From the NCBI RefSeq assembly GCF_964204645.1, contig NC_134033.1:8812655-8876654 (forward strand): DNA of 64,000 bases, given 5' to 3'. A program made the translations under genes and the position numbers. This document shows, one piece after another, positions 51,205 to 62,927 of this stretch; the first letter of the stretch is position 1; each line of letters begins with the position of its first letter. Under the pieces are notes generated by a model. It searched no databases. It was given only the letters and a program-made list of their open reading frames with translations, and was not told the DNA's origin. Source of the DNA: Tubulanus polymorphus (taxonomy: Eukaryota > Animalia > Nemertea).

Positions 51205-54132
51205 CTATTGACCCGTTAACAGATACTGCTTGAAATTCTTTTTAAATACATAAACATTCTTCGACTGCTTTAAAGTTGAATCGAGTGAATTCCAAAGTTT
51301 TGGACCAGAAACCTTTACCGAAAATTTATTTCTTCGAGTTTGAAATCGAGGGATTTCCATATTGTTTTGGCTACGAGTTTGATAATTGTGGATTTCATGT
51401 CGAAATTGAAAATAGTTATTAAAAGAATCAGGTAGCATGGATTTGTTATAATTAAACATGAAGCATCCTAACTGTAATTTGTTCATTTCTTTAATTCTCA
51501 GTATTTTCAGTCTTTTAAAGAGTGGATCAGTATGTTCTAAATAATATGAATTTGTTATTATTCGAACCGCACGTTTTTGAAGTAGTAATAATGAATCTAA
51601 ATAGACATTAAAATTTTGAGCCCAAACTATGTTACAATAACTTAAATACGGTTCCACTAAACTAAAATACAATTGAATAAGAGTTTTCTCAGGTAAAAAT
51701 CGTTTTAATCTATTTAACATACTGATACTCTTCGATACCTTGCGTTGAACATTATTGATATGATCAATCCATGAAAGTTTATCGTCAATATTTATACCCA
51801 AAAAATTTGTGCTATGAACTTGATCAATATTAATTCCGCTGATTTGAATCGAAATGTTAAGTGGTAGTTGTGAGCCAAATACCATGCAATGAGTTTTTGG
51901 CAAGTTTAAAGATAATTTATTAGCGTAAAACCACGTGGCTAGTTTATCAAGTTCACTAGACACGGTCAATGCAAGGTGATGAATATCGGAACCGCTCGCA
52001 AAGACATTAGTGTCATCTGCAAAAAGCGTAAATTTCAAAATGTTGCTGACATTAACGCAGTCATTTATGTATATTAAAAAAAGTAACGGTCCCAAAATGG
52101 AACCTTGAGGCACACCAGTAGATATATTCAAAAGTTGAGACTTACAATTTTCAATTTGAACAGTTTGTTGTCGGTTTTCCAAATAATTTCTAAACCAGCA
52201 AAGTGCGCGACCTTTAATTCCATAAAAATCTAATTTTGACAATAATATTTCATGGTTGACTGTATCAAAGGCTTTAGATAAGTCCAAATAAACACCGATA
52301 GTGGGATTTTTATTTTCAAGATTATATGAAATTTCATCAATAATTTTGATGACTGCCATGGCAGAGGAGTGATTCTTTCTAAAACCGAATTGATTTGAAT
52401 TTATGATAGAAAATTTATCACAATAAGACATTAGTCTGTTGTACACGACTTTTTCAAGAATCTTTGAAAAGCAAGGCAAAATTGAGATAGGCCGGTAATT
52501 ATTAAAGTTATCTTTGTCACCACTTTTGTATAAAGGTCGAATTCTAGCGATTTTTAATTTGTCCGGAACAATTCCAGTCTGTAGACTCATGTTAAAAACA
52601 TGGCAGAGAGGATCTTTAATTAAGTCAAAAATTTTTTTAGTTACTTTCATGCTAATCTCATCGGTACCCAAACCTTTATTGGAGTCAAAATTTTTTATTA
52701 TATTCATCAGTTCGACTGGTGTTGTTGGGAATAAAAAGAAGTTTTCATTTGGGCTGTTATGCAGGAAATCCTTAAAATTTATATTTGTGCTAGGGATCTT
52801 TTCGGCAAGCTTATTACCGATGTTTACAAAGTACTCATTAAATTTATTAGCAATGTTAGCTTTTCCATTTATAGGTGTCCCATTAAGTTTGAATACGTCA
52901 GGTAATTCTTCCGAGTTTGATGACTTACCAAGAATATTGTTAATAATTTTCCATGTTTGTTTCATATCATTAGAAGCCGAAAATAATTGCACACCGTAAT
53001 AGGATTTTTCTGCACATTTTAACAAATTACCAAGAATATTTTTATATCTTGAATATTTATGCTTACGCGCTTCCGTAGGATTTCTTATGAATTTTTTGTA
53101 TAAACAATTTTTACGTCTAATTGATTTTAAAAGACCAAGTGACACCCAGGGTTTATTACTATTTACTTTATTAGTTTTAGAATTTATTAATGGGAAAGAT
53201 TCGTCATAAAGTGATTTAAACATAGCAAGAAAAAGATCATAGGACTCATTGGCATCTAAACTATTTGATACTGTCGACCAGTCTACTGACTGCAGTTTCC
53301 GAATGAAAAAATCGATATTGCGCTCACAAAAATTCCTTGTCTTGATATTGTTCACTGGAGTAGTGGGTTCTTTATCACCACATACAACAAAAATTGGGAA
53401 ATGATCCGAGATATCGGTACATAAAATACCGGACTTAAAACTCCCGTCAAGGTTATTACAAAAAATATTATCTATTAATGTGGCTGACTCAGTAGTTACT
53501 CTAGTCGGTTTATCAATCAAAGGACAAAAGGAATTTGCAATCAAAGTATTTATATCAGTTGGATGATGCACATCAGACATGAGTAAGTTGATATTGAAAT
53601 CTCCAAAAAGATAGCAATTTTTGTTTTCACGATTTAATTTGTCCAGAAGTGTATTAAATTCATCTTGAAAACCTTGAATTTTTAATCCAGGTGGTCTGTA
53701 TATAATTCCAACTATAGTGTTTTTATGCTTCTTAGAGTTAATTTCTACAAATAAAGACTCAAACGTCGACTCATCTTTACTTAAATCAGAACGTAGATTA
53801 AAAACTAAATTATGTTTGAGATACAAAGACACCCCACCCCCTCTTATCCCATTTTCCCTACATCTAAAAATACTTTTGTAACCGTTCAGGTGGTACATGT
53901 TGTTGTTGTTGTTAATTTGGCTAGCCCAAGTTTCAGAAAGACCAATGACCGAAAATTCAAGTTTTAAAATATCCAGATAATGAGCTAGAGCGTCAAAATT
54001 TTTGTTGATACTTCGTATGTTAACGGATAAGATAGAAAACTTCTCCTTACGAAAAGGAAAATCGTTATCACTATAATATTTACAATCTAAACAGTTTTGC
54101 GAAATATTATCAAAGTTTGTAGAAAAATCCAT
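51205..54132 (-). CDS. LINE ORF2: AP endonuclease + reverse transcriptase, 975 aa, intact
   Basis: APE motifs NIRS, LSETW, IYRPP, GDFN, TLIDNIF, SDHFP; RT motifs NYRPISIL, QFGFR, LDLSKAFD, GVPQGSILGP, LFADDT. Confidence 0.98.
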   Translation of the reverse strand: MDFSTNFDNISQNCLDCKYYSDNDFPFRKEKFSILSVNIRSINKNFDALAHYLDILKLEFSVIGLSETWASQINNNNNMYHLNGYKSIFRCRENGIRGGGVSLYLKHNLVFNLRSDLSKDESTFESLFVEINSKKHKNTIVGIIYRPPGLKIQGFQDEFNTLLDKLNRENKNCYLFGDFNINLLMSDVHHPTDINTLIANSFCPLIDKPTRVTTESATLIDNIFCNNLDGSFKSGILCTDISDHFPIFVVCGDKEPTTPVNNIKTRNFCERNIDFFIRKLQSVDWSTVSNSLDANESYDLFLAMFKSLYDESFPLINSKTNKVNSNKPWVSLGLLKSIRRKNCLYKKFIRNPTEARKHKYSRYKNILGNLLKCAEKSYYGVQLFSASNDMKQTWKIINNILGKSSNSEELPDVFKLNGTPINGKANIANKFNEYFVNIGNKLAEKIPSTNINFKDFLHNSPNENFFLFPTTPVELMNIIKNFDSNKGLGTDEISMKVTKKIFDLIKDPLCHVFNMSLQTGIVPDKLKIARIRPLYKSGDKDNFNNYRPISILPCFSKILEKVVYNRLMSYCDKFSIINSNQFGFRKNHSSAMAVIKIIDEISYNLENKNPTIGVYLDLSKAFDTVNHEILLSKLDFYGIKGRALCWFRNYLENRQQTVQIENCKSQLLNISTGVPQGSILGPLLFLIYINDCVNVSNILKFTLFADDTNVFASGSDIHHLALTVSSELDKLATWFYANKLSLNLPKTHCMVFGSQLPLNISIQISGINIDQVHSTNFLGINIDDKLSWIDHINNVQRKVSKSISMLNRLKRFLPEKTLIQLYFSLVEPYLSYCNIVWAQNFNVYLDSLLLLQKRAVRIITNSYYLEHTDPLFKRLKILRIKEMNKLQLGCFMFNYNKSMLPDSFNNYFQFRHEIHNYQTRSQNNMEIPRFQTRRNKFSVKVSGPKLWNSLDSTLKQSKNVYVFKKNFKQYLLTGQ

Positions 54133-54158
54133 TATATATTGTAAGATAAACAGAGAAA

Positions 54159-55620
54159 TTATACAACAGTTACCGGTGAGTCACCCGTAACAAGAATTTT
54201 ACACGCCTGTACACTGTTCGGACTACCCGAGGACGACGACTGACTGCGTAGTCTCTTTTTACTCGCTTCAGCGTTGACGCCTAAGACGTCCAAAAACGTG
54301 CGCGTCAGTTCCTTTGCTCCATCAATACCGATATGTACACCCTTGGTGTCAGTAGAATCAAATAGCATTCGTACCACTGATCCATCTGGGCGGAATTTTT
54401 TATCATTATCAATATAATGGAGTCTGCTCTCGTTATCACAAAGTTTCTTTATGAATCTGTTTACGAGGGATGTGACGTCATTCAATGTCATTATGTTTTT
54501 ACTTTTTCCCTTCCGAGGCAGGATGCTAGATATGTTTATATTAGCAGATGGGAAATGGCCGAGAAGGATATTCACAGCTTTTGTCATATCAAGTATAACT
54601 TGATCATGATCCTCTTTCTGGAGAGATATGTCATTTGTCCCCAAATGACAAATTACTGATTTTATTTCCTCACGAACTAATGACTTGTCAAGGTTCAACA
54701 GTTGTTGACTAATTTCGCGAGCAGTCGCACCCGATAACCCATTCACACGGACTTTATTTGGGATATCAGTGAATATAAGGCGGTGGCAGTTCGAATCGCC
54801 GATTATCAGGCATTCAGACGATTTGACAGCTGAGCACACCTCAGCTACGGGTGGTTGAGTTTGGTCAGGCGCTGGATGGACGTTAGTTGGCGTGGATTCA
54901 ACTATATCGGAGTTGAGATCACTAGTTGAGTTCGAATCCGGCTCAGTAAATAATTTCGTCTGTACTTCCCGCAGTTTAGGGCAATCAGTTTTTTTATGTC
55001 CTTCAGTCCGGCAATAAAAACATACAATGCCTAATGTGCAATCCGCTGCCATATGATCTGCAGCTTTGCACTTGAAGCACAATTTCCGCGATCGCAAAAG
55101 ACAACGGAAATATGGGTGATCGGTACCTCCGCAATATCGGCACTGTGTCTTGTTATTGTCGCAATAAATTCTAACATCAAATTTACCAAATTTCGTCTCA
55201 ACTGGAACTATATCTTTTACATCAATCATTTTTGCATATATCGTCCCATTCAAAATCTCAGTATTTTTTTATCTTTCCACGACGAATGCTGCCATTAACT
55301 ACTTTACCAAATCTGGACAGTTGAGCGGCGATGAACGCATCAGATAATTCAACCGGTGCGTCTTTTATGGTTACATTTGTAGTATTAGGCAATTCATCAA
55401 CCATAAAAGTTTTAATTTGCCGATTATTTATCTTCGGATTACTCCTAACAAATGCTGTCATGGACTCTACATTGGTGAATGTTATTCTACATTCACCCAT
55501 TTTCATTATTTGGATAGCTCGAACATTAGAAATGCTATTTCCGAGCGAAATAATCACATCATCTTCAGAAAATTTACCTCCCATACACATGACAGTTAAC
55601 GGTCGCTTTAAATCCATCAT
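54159..55620 (-). CDS. LINE ORF1 (RRM-like + 3 CCHC knuckles + SGNH esterase), split by a 1-nt frameshift at 55264-55270
   Basis: ORFs 55258-55620 and 54159-55253 join if one A is removed. CRYCGGTDHPYFRC, CFKCKAADHMAADC, CFYCRTEGHKKTDC; IIGDSN, LSGA, HLGTND, KGVH. Confidence 0.88.
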
Positions 55621-58600
55621 GAAGTTGGTAGACTACGTTGTTATCGAAGATGAACGTATAAATTATCCAAGAATTATGAGACCGATAACAAATCACAACA
55701 TAACACTGCCGCCATTTTGGATTATCTTAGCATTTCTTTATTGTATTCGTACCTATGCATATTTTGTAACCACAATCAATTGGAAAGTTGTAGCTCATGA
55801 CCTCATCTATGATTGTTGCGAGTTTTAAGGACATTAGTTTTTCTATATGGTCACCACGAGGCATATTTTGTTATCACAATCAATTACAAAATCGTAGCTG
55901 CCGACATGTTTTTATGATTGTGGTGAGTTTCAAGGTCGTTGGTTTTTGTAAATGGTCACCAGGGGGCGTTGAATATTGAAATTGTTAGATTGTTGAGCAT
56001 TTGAAACCTCTTCCCAAGTGGGCATGGTGTCCCTGGACCCCTAGTTATATATTTTTTCTTGTTTAATTTTCAATGATAGTTAGATTTAACACTGGGATAG
56101 TCTTATCGTAGGGATAACTTAACACCGCTTTGAAAAACGCAGGCCAGGTGATTGTTATCACAGGGATAAATTCTCGATGTTAAGTTATCCCTATGATAAG
56201 AAATTTGGGTCAATTTTCATGTTTTTTTTTTGGAAAATGAAAAGCATTTCTTTCTCAAATGATCTAATCAGGTACCCAGGTACTTAATATTCAAGATCTG
56301 TCCTTTATTCTATAGGGAATGTGCCCCTTTTCTTTGTTGCAATAGAACTGTTCATCACAACAGCTTGACCCTGGACACTAGGCAATTTACCAATGATTTC
56401 GTTTAATCGCCTAGAACAATTTCCCTTGACACACGAGCACCAGTCTCAATTCTAAGGGCTTAAAAAAACCATATGGTTCATGGGTTTTTTTGCTAGTATC
56501 AAGTACCCTTTCTTCAATTATGTAAATATTGGTATTCGAGGGGTTATTCGGTCGGTTGCCAGATGGACGATTATCAGTTTTATAATTATATTGCCATTGA
56601 GCTGATATTCGCACTTGGTGTTTCCAATTGGTTATTTCATCGGAATGGTGACTGCTGTCACCTGTCTAATACAATACTTGACGGTTTACGTAGACATTGA
56701 CTTACTTCGTGAATCAATCAATCACTTTCGATTTAACGCTCGTGCTGTATTGCTGCGTTGCTGGCAAGAACGCACGGACTGACGTAATTTTGCCAACGTA
56801 GCGAGATGTTACGCTTACAACTGTTGTTACCAGTAGCAACGACAGGGATACTACGTTTGCGTTTGACGGGGTCACGTTTATCAATGCAATGTCGTTACAT
56901 GTGTGTGGATACATAATGTGATTTAAGTTAATCCGATCATAGGTAAGATCATTTATGTTAATCCGATCAAAGGTAGGATCATTTCCCCATGGAGTGTTTA
57001 GTTCATTTAATTCATGTTTTCATTATATCTAAAATCAAAATGTAATTTTTCTAAACTGGGCTGTGGATCACAGAGTGAAAAAGTAAAAGTCTGAAAACAT
57101 CTTGTAGCCATGTTTCCCTTAGTCGCTTAGTTATCGCAGTCTCGAGCTCGGATTCGGCGATAAGGGTATCGCACATGGAGTAGATCGGGATGTATATCCA
57201 GTCTGCATTCCAATTCAAGTGAATTTCATTGGAGCGTTGGCATTTCGGCTATAATTGTGACCTACATCAGTGTGGACGTGAACGCGCGCAAAAAGAGGAC
57301 AGCCTTTCGAGGCAACTGCAGACTCGAAATGCAATCAGAAAAAAAAGAATCCATATTTTACGCTATTTGCGACCACGAAACTTATCTTTTAGTGCTACAA
57401 AACTTCCGTTTCGATTGTCCTACCTGGACCGAATTAGTGTGTTCTTAGAATGCCTGAGAACCGGGGTGCAATAAAGGGTCAATGTATATAGAATTCAATT
57501 AGCGACAAGTACTGCCGACGGCCGCACGATTTTCATCACAGATCCTAGCAGACCTAGCGTGAGAAATATGCGGGTGGCAGTGTTTTTAATTTTGTGCTCA
57601 GATACATGGCGTCTGAGCAATTTCTGCAGGTATAACGAAGGTCTAAGAACTAGTATGACGTAGTTACTTTAGTAAATGTTACGGCTCTGTTCAATATCAA
57701 CTAACATACAACTATATTTTGAATCTGCCTATTCGATGAAGTCTTACTACGAATTTTGTGCGACTCAGTCGCCAGAATTGAACACGTTCTCCTTCTATAC
57801 TCCGCGGTGAAACCCGTCGACGATCCGTCGTTAGTCGATTATTGCGTTTTTCAACGACAGAGTCGCCGACTGCCTCGTTTATGTCAGCCAATTCCAGCAG
57901 CGAATTAAAAGTTAGCATGGCTTCCATGTGGACAAGCGATGAAGTGATTCGAAATTGTAATTTTCTTGAAATGATAGCCTTAATCGGATACGTATTTCCT
58001 CATTAACAATTTGAAACGATTCCGATCGATGTAAACAAATTCTTATCGTTTTCTGTTAAATTGAATTTATTTGAATTTATTTAATGTTTTCGGGAAATAT
58101 ATGAAAGTGGAAATGGCATGTTGTATATTTGGGGCAAAAATTGAACGCGTAACCTGCATTTCTCCGTGGCTCCGTGTAGGTGTATCGGTAAAGATGTGAG
58201 TGTATCTCAGTCGTACGACGGATGGTCTTCCGTTATCGTTGAATTTGGTCCGAGTTCAGTGCTACGTTATCGATCTGAGCCCGGTTTAAAATTACGTTAA
58301 TTCAGGCGCATTGGGAAGGCACTTAGACCCCGAGTCGGTGTGGATTGCGTGGCATGTAAAATCATTAAGAGAAACGAAATATTTGCTTTCAAGAAAGGTT
58401 TTCCACGCATGTAAAATCTGCGTAAATGTTGCATGCAACCTGCGGCTCAAGTGCATTTTTCAGCATTTAAGTAGTTCCAGCCGAAACCAATTTATACATG
58501 GAACTATTCGAAATAAATCCTCCAATATTAGGTGGATTAGATATTACCTACAATATTAGGCCATATGGAAAAACAGACACACAGACATACCGGCTAAAGA

Positions 58601-61600
58601 TTGAATTATAGTTTGATCATGGACTTCGTTTTAGAGTCCATGGTTTGATGCTGCATAAGATCCAATTTGGTTTGTAACTACCTACATGTTATGTATTATT
58701 AAAGGTGTTTTGGGCTCGAGGGACTGAGCTTGCAGGGATAACCCTTACATAGAATGGCTGGAATAAAAACACCCATACGGAAACATAGACTACGGATGCA
58801 ACCTTGAACAGAATGTGAAAAGAGGTAGATTTCATTTGGTATGTTGCCAGTTGGTAGTCTTTGAGTTCGTTACCTACTAAATCGCCAGTCTTCTGTAAAA
58901 AGAACCAGTGCTGTTTCGTAACAAAATCGTTGTGTTAATAGTCAGTTTGCGTGTGATGGACAACCGTTTAAAGTTCGAAAAAACATTCCCAGAATGTAGA
59001 CTGCTTTCTGAGCTAGAGATACAATATATAAATCGTAGCGTTTATTCTCTCCATATTATACTCCCTGTACAATAAAAACCATTAAAGTCGTAACTTCCGT
59101 AAAATTTCCGCAGAAACTTACAATTCACGTTTCTTGAAATCCATTTTCTGCGCTGGCGAACGGCAAATTAACCTGGAATGGATCGGGTTTATTCGTTAAC
59201 ATTATTTCGTTAATAGACTTCGTAGTTTCTATAATTAGGGTACACGTGCGACATCTTGGTGTGCTGCATCTCGCGGTGCCTCAAGGTTGAGTTCTATGAG
59301 TGGAAATAGAATAGTCTGAAACCACGGAAGTATTATAGTGTGCAGGGAGACGGCTTTACTGAGATAGAGGGTTTGAGCTGCGACGTCGATAGGAGATCTT
59401 TGAGACCCGTGACGTGCGTTCTGTAGGCGGTGACCGTCATCCGCGAGTCTACTTGCAGTCTCCGTAAATTTAGTTCGTGTCTCATCTGGTTGGCTCCGGA
59501 GTTCTGCAAGATGAGCGGCGGACGTTTTTTTTCCGACGGGTCACCGGCACAGGTTCGAGTCCAATGAGATATTCCTTTTTACCGCTCCTTTTTTGCTTTG
59601 ACCTGATGATAAAACGAACAAGTTCGTTTAATCGCGCTAAAAACGAAAAAAATCTTTTGTCGCATAAATTTTTCGTTCTACCGTGATACCGGTAATTTTG
59701 GAATTATTAGCGTGTTAAACGACTTATAGGCGTTTTGTAAAAGAATGCTAAACCATATGTTTTTCTTGTCTAAATATTCATGGGACTATATATGTCCATG
59801 TTATGAAGTGGAGCCCAGAGGCAAATCTAGAGCTATAATAACCTCCACCGAAACGAACCATCGTATGTGAAAGACTACAATAACCGTGTAACTAAGTCTC
59901 GTAGGTGAGCAATCCCTATACATGTACCATGGTTTCACCATCTCTACCTTGATTTATATGACTACATTTTATCGGTTAGATATCATCTGGTTTACAAAAA
60001 CTCGACAAATAAACAGACGATGCGCGAGAAAAGTATAGACGTACATGTATTAAATAAGTCTAGTGCTCGATGTATGCAAAAGGCGTTAGATTAGTGAAGC
60101 CATTGATGTAAGATGCGATTTCCGTTACTGAATATCATAGAATAGGAAAAGCGAAGAAATGGTTCCAAAATTGAGTGAAAGGTGGTCTATATGCCGTTGG
60201 TATGGGTCTCTACTAACAAACATGCAGGTTGTCCGTTGGAAGGAGTTATAGAAATTAAAATGGATAGATGCGGAAATCCACGGTAGATCACTCGAGAGGC
60301 CCAACGAGCGAAGTATAAAAATAATGAGACCAAAAAACTACGCCTCGTATATATACATACCTAACAATAAATGATATAACATTAAGAATCAATATAGTTA
60401 TTTTGGATTTGAATATATCGATTATTGAATTGACCGACAGCCAGTCTAACCCCGAGATCTCGATGACACAGTGAACATACTATCAAATAATTATCAAAAG
60501 TAGGAGTTATGAAATATATTCAATCACAAAATATACACCAAAATTCACAATTGTATATATTCAGAAATATCTAGCACTGAGGGTTTGGTCCCGATTGCAT
60601 AATACGATTTGGCTGTTTTATTCGAGGAATGCTCTTTCAATTTCATTGGGTCCTCAACGGGGCCGTACCTAGAATTTGAATTGGGTGGGAGGGGGTCAGA
60701 GAAACCCGAAAGAGGGTAGTTCTGTAGGATATAACAACAATATTCGCAAAAGGCAATGTTTCAAAAATTTCTGTGTGGGGCTGCCCCGACCCCCCTGCCT
60801 CCATGCCAAATACGGTCGTGTTCACCCCTCACTCAGCGCCTAATTCCATACGAGAAGAAATATGACTTCGCGATTGTGACGGAGGAATCGAAGACTCCGT
60901 AGAGACGTAAAATGAAGGCCATTGGTTCCGATAGGGCCTGGCCAAGGTCGGATGTAGAGCTGGGTCACCTTGACAATCGAAGTCTTGTTTTCTGGGACAT
61001 CTGTCGCCGCTGAAACGAGCGAATTCTATTTCTTTGAAATTGATTTTTTGTTTTGTATAACAATGTGTACACATACATGAGGCCCGTTGTACATGCCAGA
61101 CATCAGAGGGATAGAGATCACACACGTGCCACATCGTACTTAGAAGACTTCTTCGATTTGTATTCATTCGTATCGGTAGTACGATTGATTTTATCAATTG
61201 CTTTGTCGAATGCGGAATATGTTTTAGAATCAAAGACCCCGCCTGATTTACTGCATGGTGATTGATATTTGTTTTACGTAGTTGCTTTGAAGATATTTCG
61301 AATAATTTTCATCTTCACGTAGATTTCCTTTTTGGTTCATTCAATATAAGATATCAAGTTGAATTTCACGATCATTTCATTATAACTACATTGATGGTCG
61401 CGCAACATGGCAGTAATTACGAAGTATTCCTTAAACGCGTAATGCCATAAGGAATCAATGGTCATTGAATACAAAAGCAACGATTGGTTTTAGAAATGGA
61501 AATCGTATAAGTTCAGCCTGTTTGTTATTTACGATAACCAGTTTCGATTTCTGGCAAAGATGTCATCATTTTTGCCCCCAAATCAAGGCACAAAATAGCA

Positions 61601-62927
61601 ATTGACATCGTTGACATTTGTATCGTGCTCACATTCGATTTCATACAGCGTGCACCGGCGCTCACGCTATACACCTCACATTACATGTGATTTTCAAAAC
61701 GTGTTGACTATCATGATTACACCTATATATATATATATTTATATATAATGACTATCAAATTTCTCACTTTTCCCAAAGTGTTAATTCCAATCTCTTGTTA
61801 TAACCAAAATCGAGTGTTACCGGGATCCAGTTCCACAGAGGTTGTAGAGGTCCATAAAGGTGGGCTCGGCGACTGGACTTATCCAAAATAGCAACTGCAC
61901 AGCATCCACTCGAGTGCACACTATCCGGGTCAACAACCCGAAAATCAATAAACAACACGAGCATACATGTAGGTTATTATTGAATCAACTGACTCTAGAC
62001 AATGACCAGGCGAAACTGATCTGTTATATACACTGACATGAATAATTGATTTAAATCAATTTGATCAATATTTAATTTCTACTACAAGTAGATAAAACAC
62101 TTTAAATCTTATATCATAATCTGTTACTTATTTGTTTAGACTTAGATTGCATGGACAACGATAATGATATCATTGAAATAGAAATGCATAAATCATTCAA
62201 TATGAATAATTCCCGGAAATCTTAAAACTATCCCAGGAACCTACAGCTCACATATCATCATATCATATCATTATTTACCATGGGCCTATGTACGTACAGA
62301 CAGCCTCACTAGTTTAGGTACTTTATGTCCTTTGTGATATAAGTACATAAAATACCTCTCTTAAACTATTCATTGAGGGTGCCGCTATATGAAATAAGTA
62401 CCGGTACTACAATATGACAGACATGGTTTGAATGTAAAATCTCATGGTCTAAAGAGTTTTTATCACAACTCCTTTAAGCCCGAAGGAAAAGACCTTGAAC
62501 AACGGCTACTTTAAGATAAGTGGGAGTGAACGAAAAGAAATGTAGGTAGGATTCACAGTAAGTAGGTTTGCGAAAAACTAGAAAACCTAATATCGAATAA
62601 AGTTATGTAAGAGAACATCCAGAAAAGGTATTTTCCCATCATTTTCCATTTAAAGGTTCAAGAAAGGATAAGGGAATTTAGAAAAGTCATAAAAGAGTCA
62701 AGGTTGAAATCAGCAGACATCACCCAGCTGTTATGTAGGGTGTCTACTGCCAACCGCCGTATACAGTCACCACCCTTGTATGTAGGGTGTCGCTCGTCAT
62801 AAGCTATATAAGTAGAATATGGATCCCCAAAGAAGGATCGATTTTCATGGAACTTCTTTTAGTTCCATGTTACTACGCCTTTATGTATCAGCTTGCGCAT
62901 AATTCCCCTCATTTACACAAAAAGTAA

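Larger units (their letters stand above)
50893..55722 (-). mobile_element. Full-length CR1/L2-group non-LTR retrotransposon
   Basis: 5' ccaaaatggcggc, ORF1, ORF2, 3' UTR with microsatellite, AATAAA and A-rich tail. Candidate TSD TATCTT at 50887-50892 and 55723-55728. Confidence 0.95.
50140..56045 (+). mobile_element. HINE F1 copy D, split by the full-length LINE
   Basis: 5' tagcccacttggga; 3' ttcccaagtgggc plus hairpin and ctagt. The tandem unit is continuous across the LINE. Confidence 0.85.
48743..56076 (+). mobile_element. HINE F2 copy (48743-50139 + 56046-56076) hosting F1 copy D
   Basis: The F2 consensus (...cactgac...tttt | atatattttttcttgtttaattttcaatga) resumes after the F1 end. Confidence 0.75.

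Noticed and set aside
52514-55828. Plus-strand ORFs 52514-52999, 54417-54659, 55053-55298 and 55331-55828
   Set aside because: Antisense shadows of the LINE ORFs.
56300-56670. Minus-strand exon encoding CPGSSCCDEQFYCNK (three-finger-like)
   Set aside because: Short and stop-bounded, with no supporting upstream cysteine exons; likely chance.
57630-57930. RNase P-like GAAGGTCT and U6-like TTAGCATGGC motifs
   Set aside because: Isolated 8-10-nt matches; no nearby P4 partner strand and no ACAGAGA box.
60657-60820. hAT MITE
   Set aside because: Termini are only weakly inverted and no 8-bp TSD was found.
60829-61233. 134-aa ORF as a gene
   Set aside because: No recognisable domain or splice structure; left within the unexplained block.
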